Below, one piece after another: positions 14,638 through 27,641 of a stretch of 64,000 nucleotides of DNA. Numbering within the stretch: position 1 is the stretch's first letter; the number at the start of each line of letters is the position of its first letter. Under the pieces are notes generated by a model. The model was not told the DNA's origin, searched no databases, and worked only from the letters and a program-made list of their open reading frames with translations. The position numbers and the translations under genes were made by a program. This stretch comes from the human T2T-CHM13v2.0 reference genome, Homo sapiens, in NCBI RefSeq assembly GCF_009914755.1, contig NC_060927.1. One strand, written 5' to 3'.

Positions 14638-15521
14638 TGATCTAGACCTTTCATTATATAGGCAGGAACCCTGAGGCGTGGAGAAAGCAGAGATGTCCAG
14701 GGTCACCCAGCAGGTTGGTTTCAGGGTCAGGGCCAGGGCCAGACCCCAGGGCTCCTGATAGTCAGCTTAATGCATTTCCTGTGTCTCAGCTGTCATCTTT
14801 CTCTGGATGGACAGGCATCTGCCCTTCGTTTAATGCAGGGTCAGGCTTCCATTCACCTCTTATGTGGAGCAGATGACAAGCCCATAAGTGGCTGAGCCCA
14901 GAGACATATCCAAGATGAGCCAAGCAGAAAGAAAAGCTCTAGAACACAGGGGTGGGGGAGGCTGAGTATCAGGTCAAAGTTCAGGGTCGAGGGCAGAAGT
15001 GCTTAGTCTCAGAGCAGGTTCCAGGCTCCACTTGGCCCTCTGAGAAGCAGCTATGTGCTCCTGGGTCCTGGCCAGGGCTCTACTTAGGCCACTCTTCTCT
15101 GCCCTGGGGCATTTTTTGATCCCTGCCCATGTCCAGGACCAGATTTTCCAGGTGGATCAGGTGGGCTGAGGTACCCAGGTTAGGACAGCCTGCCTTGGTC
15201 TGGGGCTCTGGGCTGTTTAGATGAACCCAGGGGTGTACACTGGCCAGTTCAGAGACATGGCTTGGCCTCCCAGCTCTGCAGATCCCTCTACCCAGGTGTC
15301 AGTGTGGGCATTAATGAGGTGCTTTCCCCTTCCTCTGTCCCTTGGCTGCTTTCCTGTTTCTTCTGCCCTCTCCTATCCTTCCCCTGCTCTTTAAGACTGA
15401 ATGACAGGAGGGAGACAGAAATGATAGATCAGGGTTGCTGCAGGGAGTGCGAAGTATGAGGGCATTCCAGCTTGGCCGAGGGTAGAGAAGTGAACGTCAA
15501 ACATTTTTCAAACATAAGTCA

Positions 15522-15794
<273 letters not shown>

Positions 15795-17182
15795 CTAACA
15801 AAATCGGAGCTGTCTGGTGAAGCAGAGTCTTCCCTCCCTCTGCCCTCGCTGGCAGCTCTTCCTCCACACCACTCTGCTTCTCTCCAACTTCCCTTCAGGT
15901 CCCTCCTTCCCTGGCTTCTTCTCTCCTGGGTATCTTGTGCCCGCCAGTACCTCCTCCTCTTGTTGTATTGTTCCCTTTCATTTTTCTCTTTACTCTCTTC
16001 AATCCTCTATCTTATTTTCCAGGTATCTCTCAGTGTTCTCTGTCTCTCTCTGTCCTCTCCATTGTTGTCTTTCTAATTCTGGTCCTCTGTCTCCCTTCCC
16101 TTCTCTCCCTTGGTCCTCTCCCCGACTCTGCTCCCACTGAACTGCCCTCAGCCCTGTCTGGCCCTATAATACCTTCCCTCACTCTCTTTACCTCTCTGGG
16201 GGACTTCTTTGAGTGAGACCATTCATCTTTGGGTCTGAGAGAATGTAAGGATAAATTCCTTGCAGAGTAGGGATTTATGTAGCCCTGGTGCTTTGGCTGC
16301 AGCTCTAGCCCAGACCTGATGCCTTGCCAAAGGGATCCCTGCCCCAGAGCTGTCCACCCCTGGTTGGATCTGGAGGAGGGTGGGGCAGAGTGAGAGGCAT
16401 GCCCATCAGCCTGGGAGTTGCTCATGCAGAGATGGGCCAAGCCGGGCCTTCTTCCTTGGGGGTGGGATCCGATGCAGAAGTGGTCTAGATAGCCTAGATT
16501 GCTATTCAGTTTTCTTTTGACATCAGAACTGGAATAGATCTTAGATTGCCTGGACCAAACTGTGTCAGGGAGAGCCATCGGCTGTTCTCATTCTTGCTCC
16601 CACTCCCACCCACATTCCATTACAAAGGTGACAGTCCTATTTCCCAGTGTTATCGAATCTGCCTCCTTATTTCCATCCATCATACCCTGTTCTTACTCTG
16701 AGGCTATGCCTTCTCTCCCCACCACTGCAATGGATGTCTCACTGATCTCCTGGCCTCCAGTTTCACCCTCCTTTTTATCATTGCTGCCTCTGGAGAGAAC
16801 TTTCCAGAGCATACTTATCAACCTAAAGCAGCGTTCAAGACAAGATAAAAATTCCTAAGCATAGCATTCAAGGTCTTTGTAAATCGACCTTCCCTGATTC
16901 CCAAGGGTGAGTTTCCTGGCTCTCCCTGAACTCACAGCCCTGGCATGCCCTGTCTTTGACCTCCATGTACTGTTAAATTCATGGTTGAGAGACTCCCTGA
17001 CTTTGTCCTTCCCGGTGCCAGAGACAGACCAGGATCCAGTCTAGTCGAGAACTCTTTCTACCGCACTGTGCTTCTGTGCCCTGATGCTAGTGTGCACAAT
17101 GATTCTCAATGAAGAAACCTTGGTCAGTCTCCAAGGAGGGGGTTCAGTTCCTTAGCTTCCACCCCTTCCACCTTCTCCCTAC

Positions 17183-17320
17183 CTAGAAGGGAGCCTCCGC
17201 AGAAGGGCTGCCCATTCAGGTGTGACAGCATGGCAATCCAGGGAGTGGTGCCTTTCTGGGCTGGGCGTCCATTGAAGATCCTGGCCATCAGCTTCCGGGA
17301 GAACTTGGGGAGCCCACACA
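17183..17320 (-). CDS. MASP1: Exon 13, MASP-1 linker and activation site (VCGLPKFSRKLMAR/IFNG...FCGGSLL)
   Basis: 138 nt, acceptor atgcag|TG, donor G|gtaggg. Confidence 0.97.
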
Positions 17321-17403
17321 CTGCATCCAAGGGAGGGAGGGAGAGACAGATCAGACTCTGGGCTCCATCTTGCCCACTGCCAGAGCTCCCAGCTCCTCAC
17401 CCT

Positions 17404-17961
17404 GTTAGGAACATCTATTATTTTTGCTCCTCCACCATTAATTGACCTTCCTGATAATAGCATCCCAGTCTTTCTTTGGAGGCTGCACTTTCCTTATTCT
17501 TAGTCTATGCAGCTAGAGTTGGATTGACCTCACCTCTGGTTTCAGGGATAGGAATGTGACTGATCAAAGCCATGCACTTTCTGGTCACAGCAATTGCTCA
17601 GAGATGGGAATGTGACCTTGGCTGGACCAATGAAAGCATTACTTGAGAATTTCGCTAAACATATTACAGAAGAGAAAGTCATTCCCTACTGGAATTGCCA
17701 AGCTATTAGCCATAAGCCCAGATCTGCCAACAATCACTTCATTAAGAGTCTGCTGAGAATGATGAAGAAAAGTGGAGCTGAAAGTTGAGGGACAAAGAGA
17801 CAGAGAGATTGCACCCTAATAGTTGAGCCCTTTGATCTAATTATATGTGAAGCCTTTTGGTACAGCCTTTTCAGTTATGTGTGCCTATAAATTCCCTTTT
17901 TTCCCCTTAAGCTGCTTATGTTTGGTTTATGTCACTTACAAATGAAAGAGTCACAGCTAAT
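17404..17961 (+). mobile_element. Old MaLR LTR (MLT1J/K-like) about 85 nt upstream of the exon 13 acceptor
   Basis: ggatgggaatgtgacc...ggaccaatgaaa; ttttcagttatgtg...aaattccc...ttaagc...gtcacttacaaatgaaagagtc. Confidence 0.55.
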
Positions 17962-20112
17962 AAAGAATCATTATGCTCCAGCCACATGAATCTTGTCTCC
18001 TCAGAGAAGCCCTTCCTCAGGGCCTTGTGGAGTTGAAGATCCCCTCCACCACAGTGTCTGCCTGCTCCATCCCATTTTCCACTGGCTTGGATTGACAGAC
18101 ACGCTCCCACATACACACTTTACAACTGAATAGCCCTCGGAGACCATCTGGTCTATACTTTTCATCATTCAGCTAAAGAAACCAAGGCCTGGAGAAGGAA
18201 ATTGACTTCCAAAAGGTATTCCATGAGTTAGTAGCAAGACTATAGTTCTAGGTCTCCTGACTCCCAATTCTGGGCTTTTCTTACTCTGGCCAGCCCCATA
18301 AACTTTTGATTATGTGGCTTCCCAGAACACTCATAACCCAAGCCCCTGGATCCAGGCAGTCACCTGCTACCTTTGTAGCTGTCACCAGGCTGGAGAATAT
18401 CACAGATAAATGCTCTGCATCCACAACCTTGATGCAGCCTCAGCATCTCCCAGCATCATTCCACATGCCCACAGCCAGCTTCCCCAAGCTAATGCCCTGC
18501 CTCCATTCCCAACAGACGCTCAGAGCCCAATGAGTGGGAACTCCCTGAGTGGGAACCCCACTGAATGGGAACCATCCTCCTCACCATCTCTTCTTCCTAT
18601 AAACTTTATTGTCTTCAGAACTAATTTTTCACTCTGGATCTCTTAACTTTTGAACTCTTGGAGACCTGGCCTTGGAGACTGTCACCCCTCTCTTGTATTT
18701 TTCATCTCTCCTTATTCTATGCCTCCAAAACACAGTCAAGACTTTTCATCCTAAAAATCAGCTTCCATTTCCCCGTTTGCCATTCATTCCACAGTCTCTC
18801 CTTCTCCTCCCTTCTATAGTAAAGCTTCTGAAAAGACGAGTTGACACTCCTTTCCCACATTCTTCCTCCCCCTTTGGAGCCGGATTCAGAAGAAGAAAGT
18901 GCCATGTACTGCACAAACTTGGAAATAGGCAGCCATTTGAATATTTAACAGGTCTACAAATAGATGGAAATAAAATGTCTCTGAGACCATAAATGGAACT
19001 CCAACCATGATATCTACATACAGAGTAGGATACTATTTTTTGAATCTTATCAGATACATTTTGCATCCCTAGGAATTCGCTGTGCACTGTGGCTCCCAAG
19101 CCATTGAAGCTGGAGCATCCACGGTTTTAAGCAAAGGCTGGATAAAGCTTTGACTTGAAAGAGCAAAGCAGAAACCAAAGTCTGGTAAGACGGACTTTCA
19201 TTTTGAAGAGTCAGGCTTCATAGTAAGAATAAAAAATTTGTAGGTTTCAAGGAACCAAAACATGGAGAACTGAACATGTAATTTTTACCATAAGGCTTAG
19301 GGAAGATGCATGGGCAGTTTCCTACCTCTGAGAAAAGAGCTAAAAGCCCATCCTGGGAGACTGAGAAGGCTGGAGAGAGAGGAAGGAGGGAGTACAGAGA
19401 GAGGACCGAGAGAGAGAGGACAAAGGAAGAGAGAAGTCCTAGAGACTTGAAACTCACACATGGAGCCTCCTGCCTGCATACCCCTCAGGGATGATGATAG
19501 AGACTTGATTCCTCTCTTAGGGAACTTCCATCCTGGAGTCCTTTATTGGGACTCTTAGCAGCATTGGGTGCTGTTGACTACTTCATCCCTCTTTACAACT
19601 CCTCCTCTTGGCTTCTGAAGCACTTTTCTCCCTGTGTTTCTGATCCCTTCCCCCCACCCCCTTTTTTTTTCCTTGGGGCCTCTCTTTTCTTCATGCCTTC
19701 CATGATGCTGGTGTTTCAGGCCTTGGTATCCTTTTCTTATCTGTAAATTTCCCGTAGATGATGCCCTCTACCTCTATGCCATCATACTACCCATGTGCTG
19801 ATGAACTTCAAATCAGTGTCTTTAAATCTGCCCTGTCCTCTAAAACTCACCATTCTTTACTGCCTACTTACATTTCCAGCTGGATTGCTCATAAACTCTT
19901 CCAGCTCAGTGAATCCAAGCCCAAGTATCCACCCTTCACTAACCTTCTCCCCTTTGTTTTTCCAGATGTCTGCTAATGTCTGAATCAATCACATCCTTGT
20001 TGCCTCCCTTTTCTTCAACCCCATGTTCAATCAGTCGCTGAGCTGCTGGTAAATCCCTAGGAGAAGGAGAGTGATGTGTCTCCCCGACTCCATGTCACAA
20101 AGTGCTCTCTAT

Positions 20113-20180
20113 GTACCTCAATATGTCACAACCTCAGTACCTCAGTACCTCAATACCTCAGTACCTCAATATGTCACAAC
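20113..20180. repeat. Compound micro-duplication: gtacctcaatatgtcacaac x2 with (cctcagta)-type 8-mers between
   Basis: direct reading of 20113-20132 and 20161-20180. Confidence 0.85.
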
Positions 20181-21031
20181 ATAAAGTCCAAGTATCAAAA
20201 GAAAAACAAAAATTGGAAATGTAATAGAACATGAGACACGATAGTCCTTCAAACCATAAAGTGCAAAGCGTAAATAAGCTCTTATTTTCATTCTCAATAG
20301 TGTAAAAAGGATGGCATTTTCATTATGGTACAAACCAAAAACAAAGGCGAACCATGAGTGCGTCCCATGGTGAGACTTCACTATCACGTGCCACTCATGC
20401 TTGAACTTATCAAGAGATGCCTATAGGCCAAGCCCTGCTGTATGTACCACTTAAATCGATTTAAACTGCCCCTCCTCCTGTCTGCACTGTCACAGCCCTA
20501 TGGGTGGTGGGTCTGCACCATCCCTCATCAGGACAGTTGCAGAAGTTGCATAACTGCTTTCCTAGCTCAGCCCCTTCCTGTCCACTTTCCACACCATGCT
20601 GCCCACCCTCAGACATACTGAATTCAAATTTTCCAGTGGGTGAGACCCAGCCATCTGCATTTTTCACCAGCACCCCAAGTGATTCTCATATACCCCAAAC
20701 TTAGAGAATCACTCGTTTCAGGACAGTTCAAATAGAGCATGCCCTTTAAAACTCTTCCCACTCAATGCCCACTGCTCTCACTTTAACCATGGCCAGCTTT
20801 CATGCTTTTTTCCACTCTGCCCCTTCCCTCCTATCTCCCACACATCCTTTGAAGCCTCTGCAAAGCTATTCCAAGCCCCTCCAGCTGTATGATATAGCCC
20901 CTTCTTTAAGTTCCTATAGTACTTAAATCTCTGTTCCTTTTACATTTAACTCCTTTTGCCTATATAAGACCTACATGCACATAAGCTTGTCTTGCATGCC
21001 AGTTTCAACACTTTGAAACTGGTACTAGAAA

Positions 21032-21259
21032 CTAGCTGGCACAGAACATGTTCTCCATGATGCTGTAGTTGCCTTAGCAGGATTCATAGCTGGTTTTGCT
21101 CTCAGCGTGTGGCACCACGGGTAACTTGACATACTGCAGGGCATCTGACAAGGTCCATGTGCCACTGCTGATGATCTCGTCCAATGTCACATTGGGACTA
21201 GAGATGCCCTAGCCAGTCACCAGGCCCAGCGTGTGGGGGGTTGGGCCTTCAGGCTCAAG
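21032..21259 (-). pseudogene. Degenerate partial copy of MASP-3 exon 12 (codons 577-652)
   Basis: Ungapped alignment to 23338-23565, 25 mismatches in 228 nt (hand count); translation LEPEGPTPHTLGLVTG*GISSPNVTLDEIISSGTWTLSDALQYVKLPVVPHAESKTSYESC*GNYSIMENMFCAS*. Confidence 0.93.
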
Positions 21260-21523
21260 TCCTTTGAAGACAAGCACTTAAATGGCAGGCACTTAAATGA
21301 AGGAACAAGTAGCCTCTGAGAAGGAGACAGATCAATAACCAAATCCTTTCCTCATTACCTCTTGGATAATGTCCAGATACCAAAAGTTGTACTTTTTCTG
21401 CAACAAGGGAGATTTTGGTTTAATGAGGAGACCAATTTCTTTTCAAAAAAGTTAAAACAAATGAACACACTTCCCCAACAATAACAAAACCCATAAGCCA
21501 AGGCTGTTGGTTATCCACGAGGG

Positions 21524-21529
21524 TTTATT
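21524..21529 (-). terminator. MASP1: Candidate polyA signal (AATAAA) of the MASP-3 transcript
   Basis: tttatt on + strand about 1.6 kb downstream of the MASP-3 stop, followed on the - strand by a U/GU-rich stretch. Confidence 0.75.
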
Positions 21530-23106
21530 TCCACTTGAGACCCCTGATGGGAGCAACAATGCAGAGGCCCTTTACAGAATGGTGAAGCATATGATATAAA
21601 AGATACAAAATATAACATCATTTACATGTGCCATTCATAGACAAAGGAGTGTGTTTGATGAGCCGGTTGAGAAAGTGGACACTTCCCAATCATTCCCTCT
21701 CAGGGGCTTCTCTGGCTGCCTTGCTCTGATGGAGATTTTCAGGAGAGAGAGCTCCAGGGAGAAGGAGAACAATCAGCCCTGTGAGGGCCAGAGAGGCTGC
21801 TAGCAGTCAGGGAAGCTCTGAGTGCTCCAGCTAGAAGGAACCTGCAGGGGACCTTATGCCAGCCTGTTGCTGACGGAGAACCAGAGACTCAGACAAAGAA
21901 AATGATTTTTCAAAGGTTATACAGCCAGTTGGGGGCAGAGCAGGGACTAGAACCCAGGACTCCTGGCTCTTTTCACTGCCTGCCATGGGTGAGCCTCTGA
22001 TTCCTTTGACTCTGAAAAATGAAGGAGTGGGTCCCTCTGAACATCCTGCGGGGTGGATTCTCCGCCCAGCTCATGCCCCAGGGATGCCAGGCAGCCTGGC
22101 AGGATTTGGGTGACTTCTAATGTGCCCACCCCACTCTTTCTTCCATTTTCCTGCCCAAAAGCACAGCAGGACACAGTGTGGGTCTTTTCTTTTTCCAGGT
22201 AATCGACTAAGTCCCCATATTCGGGCCTGGGCTTCAGGTAGCCTTTCAGATAATACATTTCAAGGCTGAAAGATTGCTTTGTGCTTGTCTGGAGCAGCAG
22301 GTGTGGACGCCCATGGTGTCAGCTGGTGTTCCAGGGTGGCATATGGGCCCAAATGTGTTCTGAGTTGACAATGGGAATTTAAGGGCTTGGTGGGCCTCCC
22401 ACGGCTATTCTGCTCCCAGCAGTCAGCACAAACCTTCCCAACTTTCTCCATGTCTTTTGAAATTCCTTTAATGGGGAACATAAGGGATAAGGCTTAGACT
22501 GCAAGAAGCTTTTGGGAGAGAAACCCCAGGCATGAAGGTGCTCCAAGGGATCACACTAAGAGAGAGGGGCTTGGCTATGAGCCATCTCCCAAAACCTGAA
22601 TGCTCTTCTCCTAGAGGAAGGATTAGGCCAAGGCTAGTCCCAGAAGGCAGAGCAGGAAAATATACAGATGCGGCATTCAGTTCAATGTTAGAAACCATTT
22701 TCTAATAGTCAGGTCCAAGCTCAGTTATACCAACAGTAGGACCGATGGGTTTGATAAGTGGTCAGGAGTGAATAAAGGCCACTGGGGTAAGAAGCATGGC
22801 CTGGAAAGGAGTGCTGGGATTGGCACAGAGGCCTTGGTTGAGCTCCTGCATTGTATTACTGGGTAGAGTGAGGCCCAGACAGGGAAAGAGACTTGGACAA
22901 GCTCAGGAACACAGGTCTCCTGCCTGGAGCCTTTTCCCTATACCACACTCTGCCTCTCAGGGTCCTGGGGGCTGTCTCGGTAGGAGAAGCCACCGCTAGG
23001 TCAGTGTGTTCCATTCCATATGGTCTGATAAGTAATGTGGAGTGTGCTGTCGGAAGTGCGGTGTAGCTTCGCTCAGGGGAGGCAGGCCCCGAGGAAGTAA
23101 GTCAGC

Positions 23107-23990
23107 TCACCGTTCCACCTGGGGCTCCACAACACTTTGTGGTAAGCCCATCTGCTCCCACACCCAGTCCACGTAATTGGAGACCTTTGTGTAGACTCCA
23201 TAGACCTGCTTGCTGCCGCATTCTTCAGGTCCCCCCCAGGACACCAGGCCTTGCACCACCCAGCGCTGGCTCAAGTCATCAAAGATGACAAAGGCCCCAC
23301 CGCTATCTCCAAGGCACGTGTCTTTGCCGCCCTCGTAGTAGCCAGCACAGAACATGTTCTCCGTGACGCTGTAATTGCCCGAGCGGGACTCATAGCTAGT
23401 TTTGCACTCAGCGTGAGGCACCACGGGTAACTTGACATACTGCAGGACATCTGACAAGGTCCGTGTGCCACTGCTGATGATCTCATCCACTGTCACATTG
23501 GGATTGGAGATGCCCCAGCCGGCCACCAGGCCCAGCATGTGGGGGGCCGGGCCTTCAGGCTCAAGCATTGGCAGGCAGACAGGCATAACGTGGGGTCCCA
23601 GGGGCACAGGCTCCTGCAGCTGCACCAGAGCTATATCGTGGTTGTAGTTTTGGATGTTGAAGTCTGGGTGGAGCACCACTCGGGCAGCTGAGCTGTTGAC
23701 TGCCCCCGATTTGTCTCGCACATCATGCAAGCCCAGGTAGACGGTGACATGCTCCTTGGAGACTGGTATCACCGTGGTGTCTCTACGCTGGGAGCGCAGC
23801 ACATGAGCTGCTGTGAGGATCCAGGACGCAGAGAGCAGGGCCCCACTCCCAAACCACTTGTCATTTGGCACTCTCGAAGTGTCCTCCACCACTATCAGGG
23901 CCTGCCACGGGAAGAGGCCGGGCTCAGCATTTCGGCCCCCAATGATCCTCTTGACCAGGCTTGGCAGGGAGCGGGAGGGCTGACCACACT
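23107..23990 (-). CDS. MASP1: Exon 12 coding part, MASP-3 linker plus complete serine protease domain (ECGQPSRSLPSLVKR/IIGG...VEPQVER-stop)
   Basis: 884 nt single exon; acceptor tccttacag|AG; triad motifs TAAH, DIAL, GDSGG (Ser codon AGC at 23302-23304). Confidence 0.98.
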
Positions 23991-26484
23991 CTGTAAGGAG
24001 AAAGAGGGAGCAGGGACAAGAGACAGAGACTGGTCAGGTCAGCCATGTGACAGGAGCCACAAAGATAAATTCACATTTCACCCACTATAGATTATGCCAC
24101 CATGGGACCCTAACCTGCCTGGGTCATGCTAGCCTGGGAGAGCTCTACTCAGGGTCATTTTGGGTCTAAGTCTCTCTAGGCTGGCCCATCTCTAGTCTGG
24201 CTTTTCTGTAGCTGGGACTGTCTCTGGACTGGACCACTCTGTGCTTGGGCTTTCTCTACCCTGAACCACCTCTGGCTAAGACCACTTGTGACCCAGACCA
24301 TTTACAGCCATCTATTTCCAGTAGTGGTCACTTCTCCCCTTCCTTCTCTAGAAAGGCAGGTCTTATTTCAGAAGTGGTCCATGCTATGGGAACCTAGAAT
24401 ACTTCTGAAAGTTTTCTGTCCATGGGGACAGAGAGATGGAAGGAACCTAAAAAACCATCTAGCAGGTCACAGCAAACGCTAGACTGGGAACAAAGATGCT
24501 GGAAGCCTTGGCCTGGCTTTTCTCTTCCATTTCCCATGTAACTCTGAGTCAGCAAATATCCCTCTCTGGATTTCAATTTTTGATCTGCCAAATGAGGCAT
24601 TTGGTCACAATGATCTCCAGGGATCCTTCAAATTCCAGAGATCCTTTAATTTTCATTTTATTTGCCTTGGCCATCACCATTTTCTAGGTGAGTAAACCTC
24701 CTGAGTTTAAGTGACTAGCCCAAAAGGATATGACTCTTAAGTCAGATAGCAGGAGCTTAACTAGATTCTAAGTCTTGTATCCCACACGGACTTAACAGAT
24801 ATTAAGACCATGGGCATAGGCCCTCAAACCTTTTCTTCTCTGTCCTAACAGAATCTTGCTATAAATTGATGCCCATGGATTAAGCCCCAGGGCATCCAGG
24901 GTTGGGGAAAGGTGGCATAATCTATAAGCAATGATGCATGGACCCTACTCTGGGCCACCCATCATTGCACCCAGGAGCTGTGTAGTACCTTTAGGGGAAG
25001 GAGAAAGATCTGAGCAAACTTCGTTCCACTGAGTTGCACCCTGAGCATGCACATGCACCACCAGCCTCCTGTAGCCAAATGCCTCTGGCCAATGAGCAGA
25101 AGGTCTTCGGCACCAGGCCCCCGCTGGCTAAGAACATGCTTGCATGGCCCTTCCCAGGCAGGGTGCTTGGGTCTTGGAGGTAGACCTACTATGAGTGTGG
25201 GCCTCCTCCTGGTTCCAAATGGCCAGGCTACACTCCTTGGCCTGGGTGCTTTTGACAATCCTTTAGACATCATGGAACATTTGAGTTTTCTTGGCAACTT
25301 TGGGAGAGCAGGCTTTTAGCAACCTAATGCTTTTCAGATGCTCTTCTTCCTGAGGCCAGATGCTTCTTGCTTGATCCTGGGGCACCCTGCCATTCACCCC
25401 AGGCCAGATGTGAACTGGTCTTTGTAACTCTCTGTGGCCTGGCCTTTCAAAGTTGAGGGTCAGCCTTCCAGTTACAAGTAGCAAGCTGCAAGGCAACATC
25501 TCAATGCAGCTCTGTGACTGGTCCTACATATATTTAGTGCTTCAAGGCCCTAATCTGGTAAGGGACACGTCTATGGCTTGGTCCATGGTCACAACAAAGC
25601 CAGCATTAAACGGTACCTTTCTCCAACCAAGGTGCCAGTGGCACACTGCAGGTCACAGATCAGATCTGGAGAGACCTTGGAGAACAGCTAATTTACAGAT
25701 GGAAACATGGAAGTTCAGAGAAGGCAAGTGACTTACTCAAGGTTGTTAATGGGAAAGCCAGAACTCGAACCTATTTATCCTGAGTCTAGCTTCATATCTC
25801 CACTGAAATCTGTTTTTCTCCTTGATGTGTTCTTGTCCTTTTAAGAGGCTGAATGATTCAACAAGCTCTTGGGAGAGCTCATTGAAATGGGGTCATTCTT
25901 ATTGGCTGCTGCCATTCCCCACCCAGTCTTTCCTGGGAGAAAGGGATCTTCTTGAAATGTTATAGCTTTGGCTATGCTGAAGCCAGATTTGGGTTCTAGA
26001 GGACAGTGATTACTGAGGGAGGGTCTTTAAAAAAATGTGATACTCTAGGATTCAAGGTTCCTGAGGATGGCATAAAACATGATCATGGTAAAAAAATGGC
26101 TCGGCATTGCTTATGTTGCCATCAAAAGTATTGAGTTCACCTTTCAGTTCTGCCCCTGACTTTCTACAAGTAGCCTTGTGCAAATCACTACACTATTCTG
26201 ATAGTTTTCTCATTTATAAAATAAAAGGGCAAGTAATATTTGCTTAGCAGGACCCCTGAAATGGTGGGCCTTTTGACAATAGATGAGATGGCCTTCTCCA
26301 TCCTGGCCTGCATCCTGGTTCAATCACAGTGTTTTGCGAAGAGAGAATTTACAAATTTCTGGCCTAGTCCAATGATACACCATGGTTCTGCCCAACATTG
26401 GGTGTTAAAAGAATGTCATGACTCATTGTATCCAAGATGCTTTGTACAAACATAGAGGATGATGACCATTAAAAGTCATAGAAT

Positions 26485-26793
<309 letters not shown>

Positions 26794-27436
26794 TCATAGG
26801 TCTCTTGGTTCTGATGCTTTACTTCTGAGGTATGGGATCCCAGACCCAGAGATATGAAAATACTTACCAAAGATCACAGTTAGGAAATGGCAGCATCAGT
26901 ATTAGTACCTAGGGCCTTGACTCCTTGCCCAGGGCTTCTTCCCCTTCCAGAGGTGGCCACATGGCTTTCTAGCATGGAATCTATCCCTAGCTTTTTTTTG
27001 CTCACATGGTCTTTTAGCCAAATGGGGATTAGATCCTCTGGTTTGCTACAGCCCCACCATTCCTCTACAGCTCCGCCATTCCTCTCTTCTCTGAGGCTTC
27101 ACTGCCTGGAGTCCTTGGTTGTACTTCTGGGCAAGCCTAATTGAGGTAAATGGAATCAGCGGAATGGGTGGGATGAACATTCCCTTATTCCACATCCTCA
27201 TAAGTTTTTCTCAGAAATAAAGACCTCTTATGTGAACCCTTCCTAGTCAGTTCTTACCCCTTCATTCATAGACAACCAGGCATTGTTACTTCCTTCTTCT
27301 CTGGGATCCCATAGCACCTGTGATGGTCAAAACCTGACTCCCAAATGCTAACATGTTCTTCGCTTCTTAAGGATGAATGGTAGACAACTCCATAGCCTTT
27401 CCATTTTAGTGTCTAATCTGATATCTAGAAACCTCC

Positions 27437-27641
27437 TGATATGGTTTGGCTATGTCCCAAACTGGCTATGTCTCATTTCTCTCTTGCCTGCCACCGTGTA
27501 AGATGTGCCTTTCACCTTCCGCCATGATTGTGAGGCCCCTCCAGCCATGTGGAACTGTGAATCCTATAACCTCTTTTTCTGTGTAAATTACCCAGTCTTG
27601 GGTTATGTCTTTATCAGCAGTGTGAGAACAGACTAATATAC
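27437..27641 (+). mobile_element. Internally deleted THE1/MST (MaLR) solo LTR
   Basis: starts tgatatggtttggct, ends ...ttatcagcagtgtgagaacagactaata; only ~205 bp. Confidence 0.8.

Noticed and set aside
15817-16578. ORFs over a long pyrimidine/purine-skewed tract
   Set aside because: Low-complexity sequence lacking stops by composition
21947-22258. 103-aa - strand ORF in the MASP-3 3' UTR
   Set aside because: No recognisable domain and no clear acceptor; treated as chance
23107-23892. 261-aa ORF as a stand-alone protease gene
   Set aside because: Its start is an internal Val codon; coding begins at the splice acceptor 23990 and the protein needs upstream exons
23432-24090. + strand ORFs over exon 12 and the - strand alternate-frame ORF 23271-23486
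   Set aside because: Shadows of a GC-rich coding exon with no independent support
27451-27475. Repeated tggctatgtc in the THE1-like LTR
   Set aside because: Just the junction scar of the internal deletion; no functional implication
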